This document shows positions 1 to 7,496 of a DNA stretch of 35,238 bases, in pieces. Position 1 is the first letter of the stretch. Every line of letters starts with the position of its first letter. Location: IMG/VR virus record IMGVR_UViG_3300037467_001409, positions 1-35,238 of that record; one strand, given 5' to 3'. The position numbers and the translations under genes are program-made. This stretch comes from a virus. Lineage: Duplodnaviria > Caudoviricetes. Under the pieces are notes generated by a model, which saw only the letters and a list, made by a program, of their open reading frames with translations, was not told the DNA's origin and made no database searches.

Positions 1-127
1 TCCTGATCTGGCAAGCTCGAAGCAATCTCACCCGCCATTCCGGCGGAACAAGGCTGGCGACGTTGCCTCGGCTGATCGTCATGGCATTGCCTGAGTTTAG
101 CAGGCGGACGCCGCTCGGCTTGTGCGT
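1..127 (+). repeat. Terminal direct repeat, copy 1 (assembly overlap of a circular contig)
   Basis: 1-127 is identical to 35112-35238 (tcctgatctg...ttgtgcgt). Confidence 0.95.
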
Positions 128-346
128 CACCGCTCCAGCCTCGCTCTCCCATTCGTCGGGGCAGTCGATCAGCTTCGCCTCGATCAACTCCAGGATCGCT
201 TCGCCAGCGTCCTTCTCCTGTCCCTCGATCAACTCAGGCTCCGGCGGCGCATCCGGCGCTGCACGGAGCAACCGGCGCATTGCAAGGTGCTGGATGACGG
301 CGTAGGCCGACACCATGACTAGGGCGGCAACAAGTGCCAGCGTCAT
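1..346 (-). CDS. Hypothetical 144-aa protein with an N-terminal membrane anchor, 5' part (continues across the junction to 35023)
   Basis: Not in the ORF track. ATG at 346 overlaps the upstream stop (ATGA). Reads MTLALVAALVMVSAYAVIQHLAMRR... and stays open across the junction. Confidence 0.75.
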   Translation of the reverse strand, partial: MTLALVAALVMVSAYAVIQHLAMRRLLRAAPDAPPEPELIEGQEKDAGEAILELIEAKLIDCPDEWESEAGAVTHKPSGVRLLNSGNAMTISRGNVASLVPPEWRVRLLRACQIR

Positions 347-543
347 CCTATCCTCTCCCCTCCGTTGCATGGATATGGCTGACCGTCGCAGGCGATGATC
401 CCGCCTAGCATCATCCGGCGTTCGCGAACTGAGACAGCGCAGAGTGCCAGCTCGATTGCGGCGAAGTCGTTAAAGCCTCTGAGAAGGCGCGCCCTGTCCT
501 CCAGCCAATCGGCCAAGGCTTCGCGTTGCAACTCTTCGTCCAT
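343..543 (-). CDS. Hypothetical protein
   Basis: Tightly packed in the leftward operon; GGAGG upstream. Confidence 0.6.
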   Translation of the reverse strand: MDEELQREALADWLEDRARLLRGFNDFAAIELALCAVSVRERRMMLGGIIACDGQPYPCNGGERIG

Positions 544-544
544 C

Positions 545-712
545 CTATAGCCTCCCCGCTATCGTCCAGGATTTCGCTATGGCGTCGATCCAGACCGCTG
601 AGGCGGGGACGTAGGGCACGAGCAGCCCTCCGGGTCCGGCCATGATCCGGGCAAGAGACTTGTCGAACAGCCGTGAGGCTATCAGCGTGGTGAGGATCGC
701 CCGCCTAATCAT
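545..712 (-). CDS. Hypothetical protein (55 aa)
   Basis: Start moved to ATG 712, overlapping the end of the upstream gene. Confidence 0.5.
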   Translation of the reverse strand: MIRRAILTTLIASRLFDKSLARIMAGPGGLLVPYVPASAVWIDAIAKSWTIAGRL

Positions 713-932
713 TGACGGGAACCTTCGCCGCCCACGCCTGCAGATGCTCGATTGCATCGCGGACGCTCATCCCGCCTTTGCGGACTATGACTCCGCTCCG
801 GTAGGTGATGCCGCTCCTCGTGAAGCTGACAGCGATCCCCGTTGAATGTCCGGCGTCCATCGGGACGACTGACACAGCATCGGCCTTGGGGAATGCCTTG
901 ATGACGGCGGACCGGACTTCTGCCCGCGTCAT
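705..932 (-). CDS. Hypothetical protein (75 aa)
   Basis: ATG 932 overlaps the endolysin stop (ATGA). Confidence 0.6.
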   Translation of the reverse strand: MTRAEVRSAVIKAFPKADAVSVVPMDAGHSTGIAVSFTRSGITYRSGVIVRKGGMSVRDAIEHLQAWAAKVPVND

Positions 933-1474
933 TGCCCAACCCTGTTGGCAAGCCACCCGTAAAGGAAGGCTTCATTGGCTGGGCGTCGTTCTGCCAGGCG
1001 AAGATAGCGTTCGCCTTGGAGCGCATCCAGCGCGCGGAGCAGGACGGTTTCTCCTTCCCGCTTTCCTCGCAGCTTCAAGAATGTGTCGAGCGCGGCTAGG
1101 GTGGCCGGGCCGATCCTTCCGTCAGGAACGATGTCGGGATAATCCTTGCGTCCGCGATTGAGGGCTGACAGCGCGCGTTGCAGGAACGTGGCCGCAACGG
1201 ATGGCCCCATGTTCACTCCGGTATCGAACAGCTCTCCAGCGACCCTGTCTGACCGCGTTGCGACCTGATCGAATTTCGGACGCAGCCAATAGAGGCGCTT
1301 GTAGATCGCCTGCGCTTCCCCAATCGGAAGATCGCGCATGTCGCCCTGGTATCCGTGGGCGCGGGCAACGGCTTCGGTTATGCCGTATTTAGTCGCGCCG
1401 CCCTTGTCGGACGGGTGATTGGCGTAGCCTCCTTCCTTGGCGATGAGGCTGTCTATCCGTTCGTCAATGGTCAC
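929..1474 (-). CDS. Endolysin, glycoside hydrolase family 108 with C-terminal peptidoglycan-binding domain
   Basis: EGGY-x2-HP-x-D-x-GGATKYGIT motif, FDTGVNMG, DGRIGPATL, C-terminal FLYGWLANR; GGAGG upstream of GTG start. Confidence 0.92.
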   Translation of the reverse strand: MTIDERIDSLIAKEGGYANHPSDKGGATKYGITEAVARAHGYQGDMRDLPIGEAQAIYKRLYWLRPKFDQVATRSDRVAGELFDTGVNMGPSVAATFLQRALSALNRGRKDYPDIVPDGRIGPATLAALDTFLKLRGKREGETVLLRALDALQGERYLRLAERRPANEAFLYGWLANRVGQ

Positions 1475-1604
1475 TAGCGTCCTCCGATAAGCCGGTTGCC
1501 GTCACGTGGTCACGATCCCGTCTTGATGTCTTGCTGGCCTTGATGCGTTCGAGGATTTGCCTGAGCCTTTGCAGTTCTGTTTGTTCGGTGGCCGCGCCCT
1601 TCAT
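1464..1604 (-). CDS. Small hypothetical protein (46 aa, MKGAATEQTELQRLRQILERIK...)
   Basis: Below the track cutoff; ATGA coupling to the upstream gene; fills the gap before the endolysin. Confidence 0.5.
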   Translation of the reverse strand: MKGAATEQTELQRLRQILERIKASKTSRRDRDHVTATGLSEDASDH

Positions 1605-2383
1605 CGGGAGATCCCTAGTGCGATTGCTTTGAGCCCTGCGATTGCATGGGCGAGAATGCGCGTGTCGGCGCGAGTCGCGAGCGGGCCGTAGGGCGGCTCG
1701 CAGTTCTCGCCTTTCCTGATGCGTTCGGCTCGCCGTTCGTTAATGCAGCGATCCAGCCAGTCCGGACCTTGGAGAAACCAAGCGTCGTTCACGCATAGCT
1801 TCTGGACGCAATGGCGGACGTGGTGCCCTAGCGGCTCAAGGGCGCGCTCGAAGCTGGCGAAGCGGTCGGCTTCCTTGCCGGATAGTCCGGCCATGTGAAA
1901 CTTGCGCTTGACGTTTGGGCGTCCAACGCGGGCGTCGTAACCGGCGATGGTGGCGTTAAGGGTGCGAAGCTCTCCCCAATAGAGATTGCCGTATTCGCGC
2001 CCAATCTCGCGAAGAACGGCTGGATCGGCACTACTCCCGTCCAGCAAGCCCTCATACCACGCCCGCCCTATAGGGTCTTTGCGCTGGGCCGCGTGAGGAG
2101 CGTTCATCGCTTTTGAGAACAGCGCGCGCCTTGCCTCGCTAACGGCGCGCTCGATTGCTTCTCGCTCCTCGCCTGGGGTTCTGATCCGCTTGGCCTTTGG
2201 CAAGTTTATCTCGCCAGCCTCGAACAGCCTCATGGGCGGAGTGTTGACCAGCATTTCGAGCCTCGCGCCGTCCTTGATGGTCAGCATTGCCCGCGCGTGA
2301 TGGAGTCGGGTCTGCAATGTTCCGCAGTCCCGCGCTTCAACCTTCCGTTTCCTTGCGTTCTTCGCTGCCATTCCCCACCCCAT
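1601..2383 (-). CDS. Putative late-gene activator/antiterminator, DUF6456 (GafA/GafZ)-like
   Basis: C-terminal pattern (REIGREY...W, FERALEPLG...VQKLCVND, ILAHAIAGLKAIA) resembles DUF6456; sits in the Q position, after replication genes and before the lysin. Confidence 0.5.
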   Translation of the reverse strand: MGWGMAAKNARKRKVEARDCGTLQTRLHHARAMLTIKDGARLEMLVNTPPMRLFEAGEINLPKAKRIRTPGEEREAIERAVSEARRALFSKAMNAPHAAQRKDPIGRAWYEGLLDGSSADPAVLREIGREYGNLYWGELRTLNATIAGYDARVGRPNVKRKFHMAGLSGKEADRFASFERALEPLGHHVRHCVQKLCVNDAWFLQGPDWLDRCINERRAERIRKGENCEPPYGPLATRADTRILAHAIAGLKAIALGISR

Positions 2384-2390
2384 TCAATCG

Positions 2391-3200
2391 CTATGCCGCG
2401 ACCGCCTCCGCGTAAGCCTCTTCCGGGGGCTTCACGTCCTTGTAAGCTTCCATGATCGCTTGCCTCATTGCAGAGGCGCGCGTGTTGCCGCCGCGCAGTC
2501 CGTCAACGAAGTCGCCCCAGCCGTCGATGTCGAAGGCGAGCAGAGCCTGGAACAGCCGGTCTTCGTCCAGTGAAGGCGGCGGGTTGCCTATGATCTCGAC
2601 AAGTCCGGTAAAGACAGAGCCGCCATGCGTAAGAACCTGGCCTGGAAACGCCTCGGCTATGAGTCGCAGAGCTTTTGCCGCGATGGCCCTGCCGTCCTTC
2701 CGGATCGCTCGGGCGATGGATGAAGTGAACGCGACCTCGCCAGCTTGCCATGACTTTTGAGCGGTCGTGGTGGCTACGGTCAGCTCCGCTTCGTGGACAA
2801 GTTTCTCGATCTCCAGCGCGTTCGGGTCCGCCGCTGCGAGCGCGGCGTGGAAGTCGTCCAGCCTGTTCATCGCCTTGCGCTGGCGGTTGGCCTCGATGAA
2901 AAACAGGGCTTCTTCCTCGACGCTTCCAAAGCGCGTGATGCAGCATGGCAGTTGCGGAATGTCCCCGCGAAGGTTGGCCCCGCTCCAACGGTGCTGGCCG
3001 TCGATAATCACAAGGCTGTCGTCTGGCCTGCGGGACACGCCCAACACTCCGAACAGCCGCCAATCGAATCTGTTGGCTATGCGGCGGATCAGGCGGCGCG
3101 ATGTTTCGTTATCGGTGGACCGCTGGTAGGTAGCATCGACCGCGAGCTGGTCGGCGTGGACCCATTCGATTGTCGGCATTGAACCGAGCGGCGGCTTCAT
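2391..3200 (-). CDS. ParB/Srx-fold protein (DUF6551-like)
   Basis: LAVDATYQRS, IANRFDW, IIDGQHR, EEALFFIEAN motifs; ATG 3200 overlaps the upstream stop. Confidence 0.8.
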   Translation of the reverse strand: MKPPLGSMPTIEWVHADQLAVDATYQRSTDNETSRRLIRRIANRFDWRLFGVLGVSRRPDDSLVIIDGQHRWSGANLRGDIPQLPCCITRFGSVEEEALFFIEANRQRKAMNRLDDFHAALAAADPNALEIEKLVHEAELTVATTTAQKSWQAGEVAFTSSIARAIRKDGRAIAAKALRLIAEAFPGQVLTHGGSVFTGLVEIIGNPPPSLDEDRLFQALLAFDIDGWGDFVDGLRGGNTRASAMRQAIMEAYKDVKPPEEAYAEAVAA

Positions 3201-3487
3201 GCCTGCCACCCTCCGATGCCGCTCCAGGCGAAGCGGATTCCTTTCACGCCCTTTTGCCCGTAGCGGGCAACGGCAAGGTCGTAGGTCCGTTCCATCAACC
3301 CGTCGCCGCCGTCCCGGAAGATTCTTCGGCCAAGCTCGGTCATTTTACGATAGGCCGCGATCTCTTCTGCGGTCTGCTCTGGAAGCTCGGCAAACGAGTA
3401 AACTCCCGGCGTGATCGGGGTCCGCGCCGATTCATAGTCCGCGCTCGCAAGGCGTATTTCACGCGCCAGCTTTTCAATGTCCGACAC
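3197..3487 (-). CDS. Hypothetical protein
   Basis: GTG 3487 preceded by GGAGG; ends WSGIGGWQA. Confidence 0.65.
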   Translation of the reverse strand: MSDIEKLAREIRLASADYESARTPITPGVYSFAELPEQTAEEIAAYRKMTELGRRIFRDGGDGLMERTYDLAVARYGQKGVKGIRFAWSGIGGWQA

Positions 3488-4736
3488 CGTTACCTCCATT
3501 GCTCTGTCTCGGGGTGTATTCGTTGGCGGGAATTGGCCTCCCGACTTCAACGAAGGGAGCTTCGCGTTTCGACTTGGGATCGTATCTGTTGACCTCGACC
3601 AAGGCCCCGGACGAATACCAAGCCCGCAAAATCTTCTTGATGCGCCGCCTGTCGGCCTTGTCGTCCGCGTTCAGGTCCAGAACCTTTGCGACGAGTTTAC
3701 CGACCCAGCGCGCTTTCGATTGTTCGCTGGCGCGAACCGCACCATCTTCGGAGCTGTGCTTGGCGACGAGCGTTTGGACGCCTGCCAGATGCGCGGTCGT
3801 TACCCCGTCGAACACGTCGGGCGGGTTCCACGGCGTCACAACGCCGATGTTGTCGCCATTCTCAAGGTGAACGGACTCCAGATAGAACCAATCGCTGTCG
3901 TCCGCTGGGGGGGCGCGGTTGTTCTTGTCGTCGTAAACCTTGAAGTAGCGGCGGCGCTCCTCGCCCGGAATGTTCCAGCCCTCCGCCTCTTCCTTGCTCA
4001 TGCGGTTCATTGCCAGAACCGAACGGCAAGCGGCGGTCAGAGCAACCGCACCGCGTGCCGAGTTGGAGTCCACTGTTTCGGAGCGGCCCTTGGCAACGTG
4101 GTGGGCAACGCAAATGGCACAATTCGCGGCGTTGGCGATTGAGGCCAGCGCCTTCACCACGGCGTCAACAGCCATGTTGTCGTTTTCTTCAATCGAGTGG
4201 ATGCTTACGAAGGGGTCAAGGTCCAGATAATCTATCTTGTGGTCGATCAGCGTGGCGGTCAGTTCGCGCTTCAATTCCGCGTCGATGGTCATTTGTCCAA
4301 GCGCCGTGACGGTGGCCAGTTTCATAGTCGCGCCGTCCATCGCGCTGTCGAGAAACAGCCGGTCGCCAAGGTCAGCGGCGGTCAGCCCGTAGTGGTGGCA
4401 AGCGGCTTGGATTGAGCGCGTCTGTTCCTCGCGGTCGTCCTCGTGGTTCCATAGCCACACGCGCTTGGGGCCGCCGTAAATCTCGCGGCCCAACAGGTTC
4501 TTGCCCGTCACCATCGCCAAGCCACGCGCGACCTTGTAGGTCGTCTTGCCTGCCGCCCCGGGGGCGACAAGGGCGCTAACGTGCTTGCGTTGAAGCTCTG
4601 TTCCGTAGAGATATTCGCGCTTCGGGATGGTCGCTGGCGGCGTCCAAAGGTAGGGTGATGGAACGATTCCCGTCGCGTCACTCTCCACCGGGCGAAGGTG
4701 CGGCTTTGCGCCGTCGATGCGCTCGGCCAAGCTCAT
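3474..4736 (-). CDS. Replicative helicase, AAA_25 / RepA-like RecA-fold ATPase
   Basis: Walker A APGAAGKT, WNHED, Walker B YLDLDP, VAHHVAK, ARGAVAL, KNN. Confidence 0.88.
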   Translation of the reverse strand: MSLAERIDGAKPHLRPVESDATGIVPSPYLWTPPATIPKREYLYGTELQRKHVSALVAPGAAGKTTYKVARGLAMVTGKNLLGREIYGGPKRVWLWNHEDDREEQTRSIQAACHHYGLTAADLGDRLFLDSAMDGATMKLATVTALGQMTIDAELKRELTATLIDHKIDYLDLDPFVSIHSIEENDNMAVDAVVKALASIANAANCAICVAHHVAKGRSETVDSNSARGAVALTAACRSVLAMNRMSKEEAEGWNIPGEERRRYFKVYDDKNNRAPPADDSDWFYLESVHLENGDNIGVVTPWNPPDVFDGVTTAHLAGVQTLVAKHSSEDGAVRASEQSKARWVGKLVAKVLDLNADDKADRRRIKKILRAWYSSGALVEVNRYDPKSKREAPFVEVGRPIPANEYTPRQSNGGNGVGH

Positions 4737-5716
4737 GCCGCGACTCCCCGAAGTTCGTCGTTCCAGTCGCGGAATTTCGGGTCAGGGAAGATGCAGCGGA
4801 CTTCGAGCCCGTTTGCGGAATGACATTGCGTTGCCGCGTCAACCGCGCGCCGTCCGGCGTCGTCGTTCTGTCCCGCGATGATTACGCTGCGGACCTCGGG
4901 CGGGAAGTCGATGAACGGCATAAGGCCCGTTCCGCAGGAAACCCATACGGGCGTGTCCGGGTGCATCTGGCGGATGCTCAGGCCGTCTTCCGGTCCCTCG
5001 GTAATGATCACTTCGGGAGCGGTGCGGCTCAGCCGCAACGCGGACCCGCGCATTCGCCCGAGCGTCAGCTTGACAGCGGCCTTGTCGCGGCGCTCGCCGT
5101 CAACATAGATGCGCTGGATGCCTGAAAAGGTGCCGTTGCGTTCCTGACAACCGCACAGAAGGGCAGGGCGCGGGCGTCCCCATTCTCCGGTTTCCGGGTT
5201 GCGCCATGCCGGGACCATCGCGAAGCGGACGGTGCCGAAAAACTCCGGCATTGCGTCGATCCCTCGCGCCCGAAGATAGGTTTCGCCGGGGGTGCCCTTA
5301 ACGTCGCCAGCCTCCGCGAAGAATCTCCGCGCATGGGAGATTGCTTCATCGCGCTCGGCGTCCTGCTCCTCGCGCCGCTGGGCGCGCTCCTTTGCGCTGA
5401 CAACGGGAAGGTCGGCCGCCCCAAGGTAACGAAGGGCGTCCATGAAGCGGACGCGCTCCTTCTCCATGATGAAGCGGATTGCATCGCCAGACGCGCCGCA
5501 CCCGAAGCAGTAGTAACTGCCCTTGCCGTCGTTCACCCGGAATGAGGGGGTGCGTTCGCTGTGGAACGGACAAAGCCCGACCAACTCTCGCGGTCCGGCT
5601 CGTTTCAGCTCTGTGTAGCGCCCGATAACATCGCTGATGTTCCGGCTTGCGCGTATCTCCTCAACCGCTCGCTGAAATTCAGCGTCGGCGATTGCCCCAC
5701 CCCCGCGTTGGCTCAT
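4733..5716 (-). CDS. DNA primase (CHC2 zinc finger plus TOPRIM)
   Basis: CPFHSERTPSF...YYCFGC zinc finger; ITEGPEDGLS and AGQNDDAG TOPRIM motifs; C-terminal DWND. Confidence 0.92.
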   Translation of the reverse strand: MSQRGGGAIADAEFQRAVEEIRASRNISDVIGRYTELKRAGPRELVGLCPFHSERTPSFRVNDGKGSYYCFGCGASGDAIRFIMEKERVRFMDALRYLGAADLPVVSAKERAQRREEQDAERDEAISHARRFFAEAGDVKGTPGETYLRARGIDAMPEFFGTVRFAMVPAWRNPETGEWGRPRPALLCGCQERNGTFSGIQRIYVDGERRDKAAVKLTLGRMRGSALRLSRTAPEVIITEGPEDGLSIRQMHPDTPVWVSCGTGLMPFIDFPPEVRSVIIAGQNDDAGRRAVDAATQCHSANGLEVRCIFPDPKFRDWNDELRGVAA

Positions 5717-5916
5717 TTCGGTAGCGTGACCTCCATTGGTTCAAAGCGGAGATACGCTTCCCGAAAGGCGCGCTCGGCTCTGGCCGATGCCTCAATCGTT
5801 GCGCGGTCTGCGCGTAGGTTGGGATTGTTGTTGATCGCTACGGCAAGCTGCTGGTGGCGCTTCCAAAGCGACTCCAGCGTTGCGGCTGATATTGCGGGGC
5901 GGTCCGCGACGGCCAT
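5713..5916 (-). CDS. Hypothetical protein (67 aa)
   Basis: ATG 5916 lies two bases after the xis-like stop; its stop overlaps the primase ATG. Confidence 0.6.
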   Translation of the reverse strand: MAVADRPAISAATLESLWKRHQQLAVAINNNPNLRADRATIEASARAERAFREAYLRFEPMEVTLPK

Positions 5917-5918
5917 TG

Positions 5919-6161
5919 CTACGCCGCTTCGCGGGCGGTTTCTTCGTCCGGCTCCAAGCCCAACAGCTTGTCGATTGCGCTTGAACGCGCCCAAATCTCG
6001 GTGCCCTTGCTGCCCAAGCGGGTGACGGGCAATTTCCCGCCCGCCGCCATGCGATAGACGGCGGCGCGGGTTACGGGCTGGCCTCCGATCATTTTCGCAT
6101 TGAGATAATCGGCGATTGCCTGCGCGCCTCGGAGCAACCCATTTTCAGAAACTGCTTGCAT
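5919..6161 (-). CDS. Excisionase/AlpA-like winged-helix DNA-binding protein
   Basis: LLRGAQAIADYL...TRAAVYRMAAGGKLPVTRLG...IWARSSAI pattern; first gene of the leftward operon, near the integrase. Confidence 0.75.
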   Translation of the reverse strand: MQAVSENGLLRGAQAIADYLNAKMIGGQPVTRAAVYRMAAGGKLPVTRLGSKGTEIWARSSAIDKLLGLEPDEETAREAA

Positions 6162-6194
6162 TCCGGTTCCCGTTCCTTCACGGTTGGGCGATGA

Positions 6195-6216
6195 TGTTGT
6201 GCAACGTTGCATAACA
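6195..6216. promoter_or_regulatory. 22-bp near-perfect palindrome (candidate operator) overlapping the leftward early promoter
   Basis: TGTTGT-GCAACGTTGC-ATAACA with one mismatch; on the minus strand TTGCGC-17 bp-TATGCA places the -10 inside it. Confidence 0.65.
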
Positions 6217-6251
6217 GCGCCGTTCGTTCCGCGCAAGGGGGTTGAGAAAGT

Positions 6252-7496
6252 TTGCCCAACTCATCTGTGGATAGGTTAGAGCTTCGCTTTGGGGAGCTGG
6301 AGGCAACCTTGGCCGATCTGAACGGGATCGCCAGCCACCAACGCACGGCATTCCAGGCGCGCTTGAAGAACCTTCACCGGCTCGGCTTCCCGCAAGGAAT
6401 AGGCCAGGGGCGCGGCAAGGCGATTATCTACGGCGCGCGCGAATTGCTGTTGATGGCTGTCGCCGTGGAGCTGGCGCAAGTCGGCCTGACGCCGGAACGG
6501 ATAATCGAAGTTATCCAGGACGACGAATATCCGCTCTGGATGGCGGTTCACATGGCGGCGTCCGCGCTGCACCACCGCCCGCAAGTTTTCCGCGAGGGGT
6601 TCAGCTATGAATGGGCGGACCAGGAAGATACCGACCCGACGCCGTTCTTCCTTTTCCTCGATCCGTCCACGCTCGCGCCGTGGAACGATGATGGCGAGGA
6701 TAGGGCGTCCGGCTCGTTCTCATTCGGCGGCCTTGGCGTGGTTCGTGAAAACCTTGCCCGCTGGACAACGGGACCGTCCCGCCGCCTAGCCCTAATCAAC
6801 GTCACCGCGCTGGTTGGGTATATTGCCGCCTATCTTGGCGGTCCCGATGGTGCGCTGGCGATTGTTAAAGAGATTGACGCCGTTGCTGACGGCTGGATTC
6901 GCCGCGACGACTTTGAGTTGGACGATTGGCTTCTGGCGATTGCGAAACCGGCGATGCTTGAGGCTGCGGCCAATCCGCAGCCGTTCGTCAAGGACGGCAA
7001 GCGCACAATCGCGCGGCTTTCGGACGTTGTTGACCTAAGCCTGCCCTATGTTCACCTTGGCCCGTCCCGTCACAAAACGCTGCCGGATATGCTCATTCGG
7101 CTTCCAGGCCAGCGGGAGTTGATCGTTGACGGGCGCATGGGGCTGCTTGCCGACATACCGCAGGAAAGCATCTACGCCCGCGTCGATGAGCTGGCGGAGC
7201 AGCCCTTTCGCACTATGGCTTCGGACAGGACGAATTATCAGGTCATGTTCGTTGGGGATGATTGGTTCCTGTCCGCCGCCGCCGCGCATGACAAAGACAT
7301 ATTCGAGGACGCGCTAAGCAAGGGCGTCGTGATTGCGACACCATCTGCCCTCAAGGCGATGATGCAGAAGATTGCCGAATTGTGGAAGGATTGGGCGGCT
7401 GGATCGCCGGAACGCCGCGCCGAATGGGACGCGCTGGCGGGCGAAGAGTGGCCGCATGAAGGGAGCGCCAGCGTTGGCGACGATCAAGAAGCGTAG
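6252..7496 (+). CDS. N-terminal HTH-like regulator fused to a C-terminal RmuC-like nuclease-fold domain
   Basis: N-term AFQARLKNLHRLGFP..GQGRGKAIIYG..ELLLMAVAVEL...GLTPE; C-term LPDMLIRLPGQRELIVD, VMFV..D.FLSAA, GVVIATPSAL..MMQKIAELW match RmuC. Confidence 0.7.
   Translation: MPNSSVDRLELRFGELEATLADLNGIASHQRTAFQARLKNLHRLGFPQGIGQGRGKAIIYGARELLLMAVAVELAQVGLTPERIIEVIQDDEYPLWMAVHMAASALHHRPQVFREGFSYEWADQEDTDPTPFFLFLDPSTLAPWNDDGEDRASGSFSFGGLGVVRENLARWTTGPSRRLALINVTALVGYIAAYLGGPDGALAIVKEIDAVADGWIRRDDFELDDWLLAIAKPAMLEAAANPQPFVKDGKRTIARLSDVVDLSLPYVHLGPSRHKTLPDMLIRLPGQRELIVDGRMGLLADIPQESIYARVDELAEQPFRTMASDRTNYQVMFVGDDWFLSAAAAHDKDIFEDALSKGVVIATPSALKAMMQKIAELWKDWAAGSPERRAEWDALAGEEWPHEGSASVGDDQEA

Noticed and set aside
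179-235. 12-bp repeat CTCGATCAACTC at 179 and 224
   Set aside because: Encodes a repeated ELIE peptide inside a coding region; no sign of a separate function
2391-3200. ParABS partition system making this a phage-plasmid
   Set aside because: No ParA ATPase, plasmid Rep or parS array recognised; orphan ParB-fold genes are common in phages
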